64,000 nucleotides of DNA from Vulcanimicrobiota bacterium (GCA_963786105.1 CAWAXX010000012.1:160001-224000), one strand, 5' to 3'. Positions 1-11,091 are shown, counted from the stretch's first letter. Translations and numbers: made by a program. Notes: generated by a model not told the origin, from the letters alone.

Positions 1-387
1 CACGCCTAACACTTTAACCGAAACGTGAAGGCCGGTGAGCGGCTCGAAGTAGTTCGAAAACGTCACCGCCGCGGCCGCCATGCCGCCGCTCTGGGAAACC
101 AGCAAGAGCGTCCATCCGTACGTGAACGCCAGGGCCGGATGAAACGCGTCGCGCATGTACGCATAGAGGCCGCCGTCGTGCGGACGCCGAGCGGCGAGCT
201 CGGCGAAGATGCCGCCGCCGAGCAGCGCAATCGCTCCGCCTGCGATCCATACGATCATGATCAGCGCCGCGGTCGGAACGTAGCGCGCAACCACCGACGG
301 GTTCATGAAAATCCCGGAACCGACGATGCCGCCCATCACGATCAGTGCGGCGTCGCGCGTCCCGAGTCGTCGTAGCAGCTGCGGCAT
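1..387 (-). CDS. APC-family amino acid permease (5' part; runs off the window edge)
   Basis: Not in the ORF track. Manual translation from ATG at 387 gives MPQLLRRLGTRDAALIVMGGIVGSGIFMNPSVVA..., with the APC TM1 motif G-x-x-(I/V)-G-S-G-I-F. The ATG overlaps the stop of the upstream hydrolase (TGATG). Confidence 0.9.
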   Translation of the reverse strand, partial: MPQLLRRLGTRDAALIVMGGIVGSGIFMNPSVVARYVPTAALIMIVWIAGGAIALLGGGIFAELAARRPHDGGLYAYMRDAFHPALAFTYGWTLLLVSQSGGMAAAAVTFSNYFEPLTGLHVSVKVLGV

Positions 388-1169
388 CAGAGGTTCCCGG
401 CCTCTTGCAAGGCCGTCGCGAACACCCGGTGAGCAAAATCGTCGACGAGCGCGGTGAACTCCTCGACGCTCTGCAGCGGAGCCGTATGGGTAGTACCGCG
501 CACGATTCTCAGCCGGGCCTGAGGAAGCCGGTGCAAAAAGCGCCGCTCGTCCAAACGGAAGAAGAAATCGTATTCGCCATTGACGATGTCGACCGGTTTA
601 GCGTAGGAGGCGAGCTCGTCGATCGCTCGGTGCTTGGAGCGAACGATCGCGCTGGTTCTGTAGAAGACGTCGCGGTCGAACGGAATCGCTTCCACAATGT
701 CGAGCCATCGGTGCGGCAGCGTAACGTAGAGCGACAGATGCAACAACCCTTCGGCCCACGGGTCTGGAAGAAGTTGCGTCAAACGAACGCTGGCTCCGTA
801 CGGCCACCACTTCCACGCCTCGAAGTCGACCGTGCATCCGGCCAGGAGCAGCCCGCTCGTGCGCTCCGGGAAGCGCGCGGCGTATCGCATCGCGACGAAA
901 CCTCCCAGCGAGTAGCCGATTACCACCGGCGCACTCCCAACCACGTTATCGATGACGTCGTGTAAGAGCGTATCGAGACGCTCCTCGGTGAAGGGGATTC
1001 CGGCGAGCGCGCCGTGACCCGGCAGATCCAGCGTGACGACGTGATAGCGGCGAGCCAGCGCGTGCGCGTGCGGCTCCCAGATCTCGCGTCCGAGACGGAT
1101 GCCGTGCAAGAAGAGCAGTCCGGGGTTGCGCGGATCGCCGAATTCCGAAGATGCGGCTCGAACGTCGAT
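387..1169 (-). CDS. alpha/beta-fold hydrolase (start uncertain; possibly ATC at 1169)
   Basis: FLHG, DLPGHG, GYSLGG nucleophile elbow, and GEYD...HTAP triad region. The track start at 1286 would overlap the upstream gene by ~100 nt; AGGAG lies 8 nt upstream of an in-frame ATC. Confidence 0.85.
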   Translation of the reverse strand: MDVRAASSEFGDPRNPGLLFLHGIRLGREIWEPHAHALARRYHVVTLDLPGHGALAGIPFTEERLDTLLHDVIDNVVGSAPVVIGYSLGGFVAMRYAARFPERTSGLLLAGCTVDFEAWKWWPYGASVRLTQLLPDPWAEGLLHLSLYVTLPHRWLDIVEAIPFDRDVFYRTSAIVRSKHRAIDELASYAKPVDIVNGEYDFFFRLDERRFLHRLPQARLRIVRGTTHTAPLQSVEEFTALVDDFAHRVFATALQEAGNL

Positions 1170-1180
1170 CGCAAGGTCTC

Positions 1181-1897
1181 CTAGGGGAGCGACTCGACGA
1201 CGTCGACGTACGATTTGAGGACGAACGAAAGGTGTCGCGACGGCAAGTCGAATCGGTCGAGCACGTAGCTGTGCGGATCGTACCACAGCGTTCCGAGTTT
1301 CCCGTCGAGTGTCACCGCGATGGAATCGTCGCGAGGTGGAACGCCGGAGGGCCTCGGCGCGGTGGCGGCCGACGCCGCCAACGGCACGGCGTCGTACTGG
1401 AGAAAGAGATTGGCGAGCGTTAAGCGAGCGGTCGTGTCGTCACGGAGCATGGTCGGAAGTTGAAAAAAGCTTGCGGCGTACGCGTCGAACACGGCAAACG
1501 GCGCGCCGGGCGACGCGACCAACGTCGTTTTCTTTTCGCTCTGCTCGATGACGGCTTTGTCGCCGGTAATCCGGACGGTAGTGAAGGCTCGTCCCCCGAT
1601 GTCGTCGGCGAATGAAAGCGCGGCGAGGGTGGTCGCATCGTACGTCCGTCGCGTAACCTCGGTGGCCTCCATCGGCTCCGCGTGTTCGTCGATGACGATC
1701 TTACCCGCGCCGCGCGTGACGACGATGCGGCTCTTCGATGCGGTTTGGCCGCTATCGATGACGGTGTACTCGTAGGTGCCGGTGGGGAGAATCGCGTTCG
1801 CCGCAGTCGCCGGCTTGTACGTTGCAAGTAACGCCGCTGCTAAAAAACCGCCGGCAACCCGGAGTTGCGGCAGCTTGGTGCGAATATTTCCGGCCAT
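1181..1897 (-). CDS. Secreted hypothetical protein (beta-rich)
   Basis: Long ORF with a signal-peptide-like N-terminus (…GGFLAAALLATYKPATAA); start approximate. Confidence 0.7.
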   Translation of the reverse strand: MAGNIRTKLPQLRVAGGFLAAALLATYKPATAANAILPTGTYEYTVIDSGQTASKSRIVVTRGAGKIVIDEHAEPMEATEVTRRTYDATTLAALSFADDIGGRAFTTVRITGDKAVIEQSEKKTTLVASPGAPFAVFDAYAASFFQLPTMLRDDTTARLTLANLFLQYDAVPLAASAATAPRPSGVPPRDDSIAVTLDGKLGTLWYDPHSYVLDRFDLPSRHLSFVLKSYVDVVESLP

Positions 1898-2414
1898 GTT
1901 TGCAGCTATCGTCCTTTCCGCGCTCACGGTCGCCCAAGCGCAGCCACCCCCGACGTCCATGGCCCCGGTTGTTCCGGGGATGCAACAACCCCTGGAAACC
2001 GGACCGTGTCTGGATTCCCCGCGGCCGGTCCCGCGCGTGCTTCAGCCGCCGATCGAGCGCAACATGCAGGTCGTCCGCATCGATCGTGTCGAGTCAACCG
2101 CGACCCTGATGCCGGGCGAAGTCATCGGTTATCTCTACACCTTGGCCGACGGCTCCACGTGGCTGGGACAGCGCACGCCCCCGTACATGTCCGGGGCAGC
2201 AGCCTCGTCGGTTAACCAGGTGTTGAGCATGACCCACCTGCCGGGCCAGAATATTTCGGAGTTCCCCCCGGAGATGAAGCACGGCGTGGCGACCAAGTAC
2301 CAGCAGTTCTTCAGGGTCCAGATCGCGCCCGGCATGCTCTCGACCCTGCGAATCCAGGTCGTGCCGTGCGTCGCTTGGCCTGCCAACCGGCCGCTGCCCG
2401 ACCCGAGCATGTAG
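1896..2414 (+). CDS. Secreted hypothetical protein
   Basis: MFAAIVLSALTVAQAQ signal peptide followed by a Pro-rich linker; within track ORF 1776..2414. Confidence 0.7.
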   Translation: MFAAIVLSALTVAQAQPPPTSMAPVVPGMQQPLETGPCLDSPRPVPRVLQPPIERNMQVVRIDRVESTATLMPGEVIGYLYTLADGSTWLGQRTPPYMSGAAASSVNQVLSMTHLPGQNISEFPPEMKHGVATKYQQFFRVQIAPGMLSTLRIQVVPCVAWPANRPLPDPSM

Positions 2415-2427
2415 GGGCACTGGAACC

Positions 2428-2454
2428 TTAGCACCCGGCGCATCCGAGTGCTAA
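2428..2454. promoter_or_regulatory. CIRCE element (HrcA operator)
   Basis: TTAGCACCC-N9-GAGTGCTAA, one mismatch to the consensus TTAGCACTC-N9-GAGTGCTAA, 21 nt upstream of the hsp20 start. Confidence 0.9.
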
Positions 2455-2475
2455 GTTTGGGAGTCTAAGCAGAGA

Positions 2476-2868
2476 ATGGACTTCGTACTTCGGACCAGAC
2501 TCGGCACGTTCGAGCCTAACGCTGACGTCTTCGTCGACGAAGACTCGGGCCGGGTGGTGGCCATTGTGGAGGTAGCCGGCGCCGACCCAGAGACCCTCAG
2601 GGTCGGCGTCGACGAGCTGCACCTCTATATCAGCGGCCGCCGGCTCGAAGCGGTGCGTTTACGCAACGGTTCGTTCGTGCAAAAGGAAATTACGTACGGC
2701 GAGTTCGCCAAGCGCATTCACCTGCCGGTCGCGGTGGAATACGACGACGTCGCCGCGAGCTATGCCGACGGTCTCCTGATCATCGCGTTGCCGACCGCTG
2801 CGACCGCCTACCGGCCTACCTCGCGCACCGAACTCCACATTCTCGTGAAGAGGACCCACTCCAAATAG
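2476..2868 (+). CDS. Hsp20/alpha-crystallin family small heat-shock protein
   Basis: PNADV, EVAGAD, ISGRR, EITYGEFAKRIHLP and ASYADGLLIIALP motifs. Confidence 0.9.
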   Translation: MDFVLRTRLGTFEPNADVFVDEDSGRVVAIVEVAGADPETLRVGVDELHLYISGRRLEAVRLRNGSFVQKEITYGEFAKRIHLPVAVEYDDVAASYADGLLIIALPTAATAYRPTSRTELHILVKRTHSK

Positions 2869-2870
2869 TT

Positions 2871-5345
<2,475 letters not shown>

Positions 5346-5420
5346 ATCGCGAAGGAAGCTCTCCCAAACGCGCCGGCTGGGCGTGAGGTAATGCAAGTGC
5401 GCTCTGCGCGTGATCGCTAT

Positions 5421-5740
5421 CTAGGGGTTAACGGTTATCGTGCTTTGTCCGGTGTAATAGTTGCTTCCGTAGTAAACCTGTGCCGTTACGTAATACGTGC
5501 CCGGTGCCGTGGCGGAAAAGATCACCGCCTTACCCTTGTTACGAATAAGAATCTTTCCACCACTGGTATCCTAGCTCGCAGGAAGCCCAAAAAGATTGGC
5601 AGTCTCCCGAGGATCTCAATCGCAAGATAGCCGTGACTCCAAGTTCCTGATGGACGTTAATGGTCTTCATGGGCGGCTCGTCTTGACGTCGTTGCACGGA
5701 GCCGTCTGGGATTACGTGGCCGTGTAAAACTGCCGCGGGT
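5421..5740 (-). pseudogene. Degenerate gene for a small secreted Ig-like protein
   Basis: Joining frames gives ...TINVHQELGVTAILRLRSSGDCQSF/GLPAS*DTSGGKILIRNKGKAVIFSATAPGTYYVTAQVYYGSNYYTGQSTITVNP*, with a frameshift at the A5 run (5589-5593) and an in-frame TAG where Trp would be expected. Confidence 0.55.
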
Positions 5741-5812
5741 TGAAGCGTCTCGCGGTTAGCCGGACGGCGACCTGTCGCCCGATTTCGGCGCTGCGGCCGT
5801 AGCTGCTAAACC

Positions 5813-6103
5813 TCACTCATCGATGGTGTAGAGCCACCACCGCGATGTCTTGTGCCGTGATTCTCGATCGTAGTAGACTTCGAGCTTTGCGCCGGTGGCC
5901 GTTCCGAGCTCGTACCAGTGCCGTTTGAGATACACGTCGCCCCGGTCGGCCTTGGTGGACCTCCAGCTCCGTAGAACCACCGTTATCAGGAGAGTCCGGC
6001 TACCCCACATGAAAACTTGAGGCACCGGCGGCTCCCGCCCGCTCGCGGGCGTGATGAATCCATCGCTTGCGGGTACGAGCGGAGAGCTGACAAATTTTCG
6101 CAC
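5813..6103 (-). CDS. DUF6504-like small protein
   Basis: From GTG 6103: MRKFVSSPLVP...EPPVPQVFMWG...VLRSW...RHWYEL...EVYYDR...WWLYTI, the pattern of this family as I recall it. Confidence 0.65.
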   Translation of the reverse strand: MRKFVSSPLVPASDGFITPASGREPPVPQVFMWGSRTLLITVVLRSWRSTKADRGDVYLKRHWYELGTATGAKLEVYYDRESRHKTSRWWLYTIDE

Positions 6104-6200
6104 GGTTACTGGATCGTGGGGTATTCGACTAGATTTCCTGCTCGACGACGATTGCGCAGAACGTAGCGCTGCCGCTCGGCTCGTTCCCGATCGCCGACTC

Positions 6201-7286
6201 TCAGCGCGAGGCGACTGGGACGATCGGCGTCTTCTGGTTGCTCTCCATAGGCAGTTCTTGAATCTTGCCTCCAGCGGCAGCCAGCACCTTACGAAGGTCG
6301 ACACTCCTCAACGTCTGATCGGTGAACGTGCGATAGAAGAACTGCAGGTTCGTCAAGTCTTCTGCCGACGTCCATAACGTGTATTCGTCGACCGCTTTGC
6401 CTTGCACGGTGTCGCGCACCGCGCCGACCGGGATGTCGAAGTTGTTGAGAATATGGAAGACCTGCTCAACCGCATCGCCGGCGGTGTTGGGTTGCACGGC
6501 GGATTGCTGATAGGCAACTGCCCGCACGAAGCGTGACGGCGGCGTAAAATCGCCGGGTAAGCCGTAGAACCCCGATCCTTGACCGAAACCTGCTACCGTG
6601 TAGCCGTTGAGGTTCACCGAAGACCTGATCATCGGCGTCAATCCTACGTAATTGCTGAGATTGGTCAGGTGCCAATCGAACGTCGGTGAGTTCGTGAGAA
6701 CGCCCAACGGGTCGTCGTAGATCCGCAACTTGCCGTCGATCGGCTCGACCACGACCGCGGCGCCGGTACGATCGACGATGCGAAAGTGCACCGGCACCGC
6801 AATCCCCATCTGAGGGAGAACTGTGGGTGCGAGCGTGACGCGGTCGAAGGCGGCTTTCACCTCGGTGACGCTCGTGAAGTTCGCGAGGATCCAGTCGCTG
6901 TATTCGTATCCGGCCATGGCTTGGGACGCATTGGCCGGCGTTACGTCGGCGTACCCTGCGTAACCGGGAAAGAAGAACTCGCCAACGTACAGCCCGGCGT
7001 CGTTAAGACCATCGACGATGACCGGCAAACCAAACGCGTTTGCGCCGAGGAAACCGTGTTTAGCGGTGTACGTGATGCCTTTCGCGTCGTTCGGTAGCGT
7101 CCCCGTAAGGGTCGTTCCTTGCGGAATCGCGACGATCTGTGACTGAAGGTCCAGTCCGAATTCGAGCGTCCTGGCAACGACGACGGTGCCGTCTTTTGCC
7201 GTCAGTCGAATGCCGGTGCACGCCATTGCTGCCGTTCCTAGGCCGAACGCGATTGCTAAAAAGAGGACGGTCCAACGCAAACCCAT
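6201..7286 (-). CDS. Choloylglycine hydrolase / penicillin V acylase family (Ntn hydrolase), secreted
   Basis: Signal peptide followed by N-terminal nucleophile CTG, ARTLEF, DGLNDAGL, LTNSPTFDWH and LPGDFTPPSRFVRA. Confidence 0.93.
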   Translation of the reverse strand: MGLRWTVLFLAIAFGLGTAAMACTGIRLTAKDGTVVVARTLEFGLDLQSQIVAIPQGTTLTGTLPNDAKGITYTAKHGFLGANAFGLPVIVDGLNDAGLYVGEFFFPGYAGYADVTPANASQAMAGYEYSDWILANFTSVTEVKAAFDRVTLAPTVLPQMGIAVPVHFRIVDRTGAAVVVEPIDGKLRIYDDPLGVLTNSPTFDWHLTNLSNYVGLTPMIRSSVNLNGYTVAGFGQGSGFYGLPGDFTPPSRFVRAVAYQQSAVQPNTAGDAVEQVFHILNNFDIPVGAVRDTVQGKAVDEYTLWTSAEDLTNLQFFYRTFTDQTLRSVDLRKVLAAAGGKIQELPMESNQKTPIVPVASR

Positions 7287-7302
7287 ACAATTCTCCTGAC
7301 GT

Positions 7303-8667
7303 TTATTCGGTATCGACCGGCCCGTTATCCGGGGCTCGGTGGAGGAAATACGCGCGCGATCGCTTCGATGGAATCGGCGAGAACGGAATCCGCGTTTGGC
7401 CGAAATGGAAAAGATTGCCGATGGACGTAGCGCGCGCGTCGGTGGTTCCGAGCGAGCCGAGCTTAAACGTCTGTTCGACGAACTTGAGCACGCTGCCGAA
7501 CTCGTACTGCGTGTGAGCGATCGAACCGGCAGATACGTACGGCGACACGACGATCATCGGCACGCGGAATCCCAATCCGCCGGCGTCGTCCAAAAATGCC
7601 GGCGGTTCGTGATCGTAAAAGCCGCCCCAGTCGTCCCAGAGAATGATAATGACCGTCGAGTTCCAGTATTTGCTCTCGCCGATCGCGTTGACGACTTGAG
7701 CCACCCACGACGGCCCGTCATCGACGCCGTGCGACGACCATGGATGATCCGAGTCGTGTGAACTCGGAATCACCCACGACACCATCGGAAGGTTGCCCGA
7801 GGAAACGTCGTTGAGGATGTTGGTTTCGGGAGTCGAGATGTTCGTGCTCCACTCGGAGCCGTTTTTCACCGCATCGATTGCGGCAAAAGCGTTCCACTGG
7901 ACGCCGATGGTGCTGTTCTTATAGGGCGGTGCGTAGTATTTCCACGAGACGCCGCGAGCATCCAGGAGATCGCGCAGCGTCCCCCTGGGATAGGTCAAAC
8001 ACGGAAACGGTCCTTTGTCGAAGCGATACTGGCCCGAAGTCGTTATCAACGATGTCTTCGTGCCCGGCGGCGCGTCGCATCCCCACGGCGAGCCTGAGGG
8101 GTCGTCGATCAGGCTGTCGGTCGCATCGATGCCCGTACCCCCGGCGATAAGGTCCTGATGGGCCGTAAAACTCCCGCTGCCTTGCGTTTGGAACACGTGA
8201 TCGGCGAGCACGTATTGCTGGGCTAACGTCCAATACGGTTGGATCTGTGACGGGTCGACGTACTGGTACGGATATTTGCCGGCTGGGTTGTTCCCGTCGA
8301 TATGGGAAAGGTCGAAACCGTCCATTTTTCCGCCGTCGTAGTCGGTCACGTACGTGTCGTAGTTGTGATTGATATCGCGCGCGACGAGAGGACGTTTCTG
8401 AAGCTGGACGACTTGACCGTTGTGGAGCGTACCGTGCGTCGTGCCGTCGGCGCCGGGAAACGTCGCGAACAGATTGTCGAAGCTTCGGTTCTCTTGGACG
8501 ATCAGCACGATGTGTCCGATCCGCGCGATTTTGCGGCCGTTGTCGGCGCGCGCAACGGTCGCGCCCGCCTCGGCCGGCGATAACGCCGTTCCCGCGCCAT
8601 TCGAACAACCGGCAAAAGCAAAGAGCGCTGCCGTCAATGCGCAGGGCAGCCCGCGCGGGACCTTCAT
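7303..8667 (-). CDS. Phospholipase C / phosphoesterase family lipoprotein
   Basis: Lipobox FAGC; HIVLIVQENRSFDNLF, SDHP, WDDWGGFYDH, GFRVPMIVVSPY. Confidence 0.92.
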   Translation of the reverse strand: MKVPRGLPCALTAALFAFAGCSNGAGTALSPAEAGATVARADNGRKIARIGHIVLIVQENRSFDNLFATFPGADGTTHGTLHNGQVVQLQKRPLVARDINHNYDTYVTDYDGGKMDGFDLSHIDGNNPAGKYPYQYVDPSQIQPYWTLAQQYVLADHVFQTQGSGSFTAHQDLIAGGTGIDATDSLIDDPSGSPWGCDAPPGTKTSLITTSGQYRFDKGPFPCLTYPRGTLRDLLDARGVSWKYYAPPYKNSTIGVQWNAFAAIDAVKNGSEWSTNISTPETNILNDVSSGNLPMVSWVIPSSHDSDHPWSSHGVDDGPSWVAQVVNAIGESKYWNSTVIIILWDDWGGFYDHEPPAFLDDAGGLGFRVPMIVVSPYVSAGSIAHTQYEFGSVLKFVEQTFKLGSLGTTDARATSIGNLFHFGQTRIPFSPIPSKRSRAYFLHRAPDNGPVDTE

Positions 8668-8788
8668 GCGGGAGCCTACCGGGAGCGCGTTTACTTTCCT
8701 GCCGGCTACGCGTTCCTTTCTCGATTCCAGCTGACCGTTAATCCCGCGCCGCGGCGGCTTCGCCGATCGCGACGGCGAGCAGATTGCC

Positions 8789-9397
8789 TCAAGCGGACCG
8801 AATGAACTCCGTTGCCGCGTGACGGCGCCACGGGGGCACCGAGCCGATTTCACAAAACGCTATAAGCGACCTAACGGATTTGCCTCGATTCCGTCGAATT
8901 TCGTCGAAATCCAATGCGATCGTTCTATACCACGGCAGATATTGGTCCAACGTTTCTTCGCGGCGAACGCGGAGATCGTGCGCCTCGGTGTAACTCCACC
9001 GATCTCCGTACGCGCGCATAAAGCTTTCCTCAATCTTGACCGGGTCTCGAACGCAGCGAACGAACGTCGGATCGTTAAAGAACTCCAAGTAGTCTGGTAG
9101 CAAGTCGCAAGTCCTCGGGTCCTTCCATCCCCAAGGTTTCCCTAACGCGTTTCGTTCGTCTATAAGCGCCGATACGCGCCCGATCCAATCGACGCGCTCG
9201 ATTCGGCCGAAAGCGAGCGCCTCGTTGACCTCGACGAAATCGCAGTCCTCCCAATGACCGTAGGGATTTGTGCCGTGTGCCGGCACGAATCGCGAGCCCA
9301 TGAAAATCCCAAGTTCGCGCAGCACTCCGGCCACGCAGCTCGTGCCGCAACGACCTGGCCCAACCACGATTATGGGATCGTATGTGGGCCTAAGCAC
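8789..9397 (-). CDS. Sulfotransferase family protein (P-loop, Sulfotransfer_3-like)
   Basis: IIVVGPGRCGTS (5'-PSB loop), NPYGHWED, WGWKDPR, VRDP...S (3'-PB). GTG start at 9397 overlaps the upstream GT stop. Confidence 0.85.
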   Translation of the reverse strand: MLRPTYDPIIVVGPGRCGTSCVAGVLRELGIFMGSRFVPAHGTNPYGHWEDCDFVEVNEALAFGRIERVDWIGRVSALIDERNALGKPWGWKDPRTCDLLPDYLEFFNDPTFVRCVRDPVKIEESFMRAYGDRWSYTEAHDLRVRREETLDQYLPWYRTIALDFDEIRRNRGKSVRSLIAFCEIGSVPPWRRHAATEFIRSA

Positions 9398-10556
9398 TGG
9401 AGTCGACGGCGGCGTCTTTAATGAAGCCGGCAAGTTCGTTCGAGAACTGGGCGATCCAGTCGTCAAAACTCCGGACGAACCGAAATCGCAACTTCATGGC
9501 GCGCTGACGGTATTCCGGACATTCAACCTGAGAAACGACGGTCGGTGAAACGGATTCACTCAAGATCGCTTCTCGTACTTTTACGTAGTAGTCGTCTGAG
9601 AAATATGCATAAGCCACGCATAGGCGGTTGAATGCGTAGTTCAGAGCGTCTATGGTAAATGCTCGGTCGTTATTCGTGCCTTTCTTATAACGATGGTAAA
9701 CGATTACTCGAGGGTCCACGATATTATCACCACCCAAGCAGTAGTTCTGCAACGAGATCTGCACGTCTTCTACTCCCCAGTGTTTTATGACCGAAGCAAA
9801 TCCTCCGAGAGACGCAAAGTGCCGCTTACGAGTGAACATGAGACCGCCCGGCGCAAGCGGTTCCAAATACGGTTTGTCCGAGTAGGCGTAACCGTAATCG
9901 TGCCAGCCCGTGTGCAGATTACAATTCTGAACGATATATCCATACTGATGACCCTGATAGTCCGCCGGAACTTTGTCGTGATCGATATCGAATAACAGCC
10001 CGCTCACCAGGGCGCCGTCGGTGGAACCGTCGCACGTCTCGCGCAGATAGTCGAGCCAATAGTCGTGAACCAACACGTGGCTGTCGACGAAGCATAGATA
10101 GCGCCCTCTCGCGGCCTTTGCTCCGGTGTTTTTCGCAACGTTTGGCCCAAGTTGTCGACCGCCAGTATGAATGACGGACGTCTTATCGTTACAGGCGATG
10201 CCCTTCAGGCTGCCGTCGGTGCAGCCGTCGTCCACAACGACAATTTCATAGCGGAGGTTCGTTGCCGAGCGTAGTATCGATGCGACGGTCTCCCGTAGCC
10301 AAGCACCTTCGTTGTAACTGGGAACCACGATCGAGACGTCGACGGGATCGGCTCGACGCCTTCGCGTCGCGTTCCTGACGATCGCCGCCGCCGGAACGTT
10401 TGCGTGGGTCCCGTGCAACGACCGGAGAAACATCCATACAACCCTGATCGTAATAAGCGTGAAAGTCACTCCTGCCACGCAGACGATAGACCACAAGAGC
10501 CTTAGCCAGAAAGGGATATTTGGCGCCATCGGACCAAGCGTATTGAGCGCATTCAT
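9390..10556 (-). CDS. Membrane-anchored GT-A glycosyltransferase resembling polypeptide GalNAc-transferases (GT2/GT27-like)
   Basis: N-terminal TM; SIVVPSYNE, EIVVVDD, FVDSH (DxH), PLAPGGLM, LGGF..IKHWGVEDVQISL...GG, VYHRY, NRLCVA, RSFDDW. Confidence 0.88.
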   Translation of the reverse strand: MNALNTLGPMAPNIPFWLRLLWSIVCVAGVTFTLITIRVVWMFLRSLHGTHANVPAAAIVRNATRRRRADPVDVSIVVPSYNEGAWLRETVASILRSATNLRYEIVVVDDGCTDGSLKGIACNDKTSVIHTGGRQLGPNVAKNTGAKAARGRYLCFVDSHVLVHDYWLDYLRETCDGSTDGALVSGLLFDIDHDKVPADYQGHQYGYIVQNCNLHTGWHDYGYAYSDKPYLEPLAPGGLMFTRKRHFASLGGFASVIKHWGVEDVQISLQNYCLGGDNIVDPRVIVYHRYKKGTNNDRAFTIDALNYAFNRLCVAYAYFSDDYYVKVREAILSESVSPTVVSQVECPEYRQRAMKLRFRFVRSFDDWIAQFSNELAGFIKDAAVDSSA

Positions 10557-10653
10557 ATTTGTCGAAATTTACCGACGGCGTGATTTATCGTCGGCGTGCG
10601 GGCGATGCGCGGGACGCTTCGAATTAAACGTTTAGTGCGAGAAACCTCGCCGT

Positions 10654-11091
10654 CTAAAACGGTCCCGGCCCATCGCCGATTCCCGGTATTCCGGGAGGTC
10701 GCGTTATCGGCGCCGGCGTTATTGGTTTCGGCGTTCCCGGCGCCGGCGTTATCGGTTTTGGCGTTCCCGGCGCCGGCGTTATCGGTTTTGGCGTTCCTGG
10801 TGCCGGCGTTATCGGTTTTGGCGTTCCCGGAGCCGGCGTTATCGGTTTCGGCGTTCCCGGAGCCGGCGTTATCGGTTTTGGCGTTCCGGGCGCCGGCGTT
10901 ATCGGTTTGAGCCCAACGCCGCCCTTGAACGAGTCGATTATGGATTGGCCTATCCAGATATAGGTTGCGAAACCAGCTGCAAGAATACTGCCCAGCCAGA
11001 GCCAACCACCGACACCGCGCAGCGCCGCCGCACCGATGGCGCAAAGGACGGCGGCTCCGTAAAGCACGCCGATCCACTGATATCGGGTCAT
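10654..11091 (-). CDS. Small membrane protein with Pro/Thr-rich mucin-like tail (PITPAPGTPK)6
   Basis: Two hydrophobic segments then tandem repeats; every difference between DNA repeat units is synonymous in this frame. Confidence 0.85.
   Translation of the reverse strand: MTRYQWIGVLYGAAVLCAIGAAALRGVGGWLWLGSILAAGFATYIWIGQSIIDSFKGGVGLKPITPAPGTPKPITPAPGTPKPITPAPGTPKPITPAPGTPKPITPAPGTPKPITPAPGTPKPITPAPITRPPGIPGIGDGPGPF
10711..10908. repeat. 30-bp coding tandem repeat, 6 full units plus a partial unit
   Basis: Consensus cgccggcgttatcggttttggcgttcccgg starting at 10711, 10741, 10771, 10801, 10831, 10861 and (partial) 10891. Confidence 0.98.

Noticed and set aside
5391..5630. 79-aa + strand ORF after lon
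   Set aside because: It is antisense to the more protein-like minus-strand pseudogene and has no motifs.
10711..10908. 30-bp repeats as a CRISPR array
   Set aside because: The units are contiguous with no spacers, keep the reading frame, and no cas genes are present.
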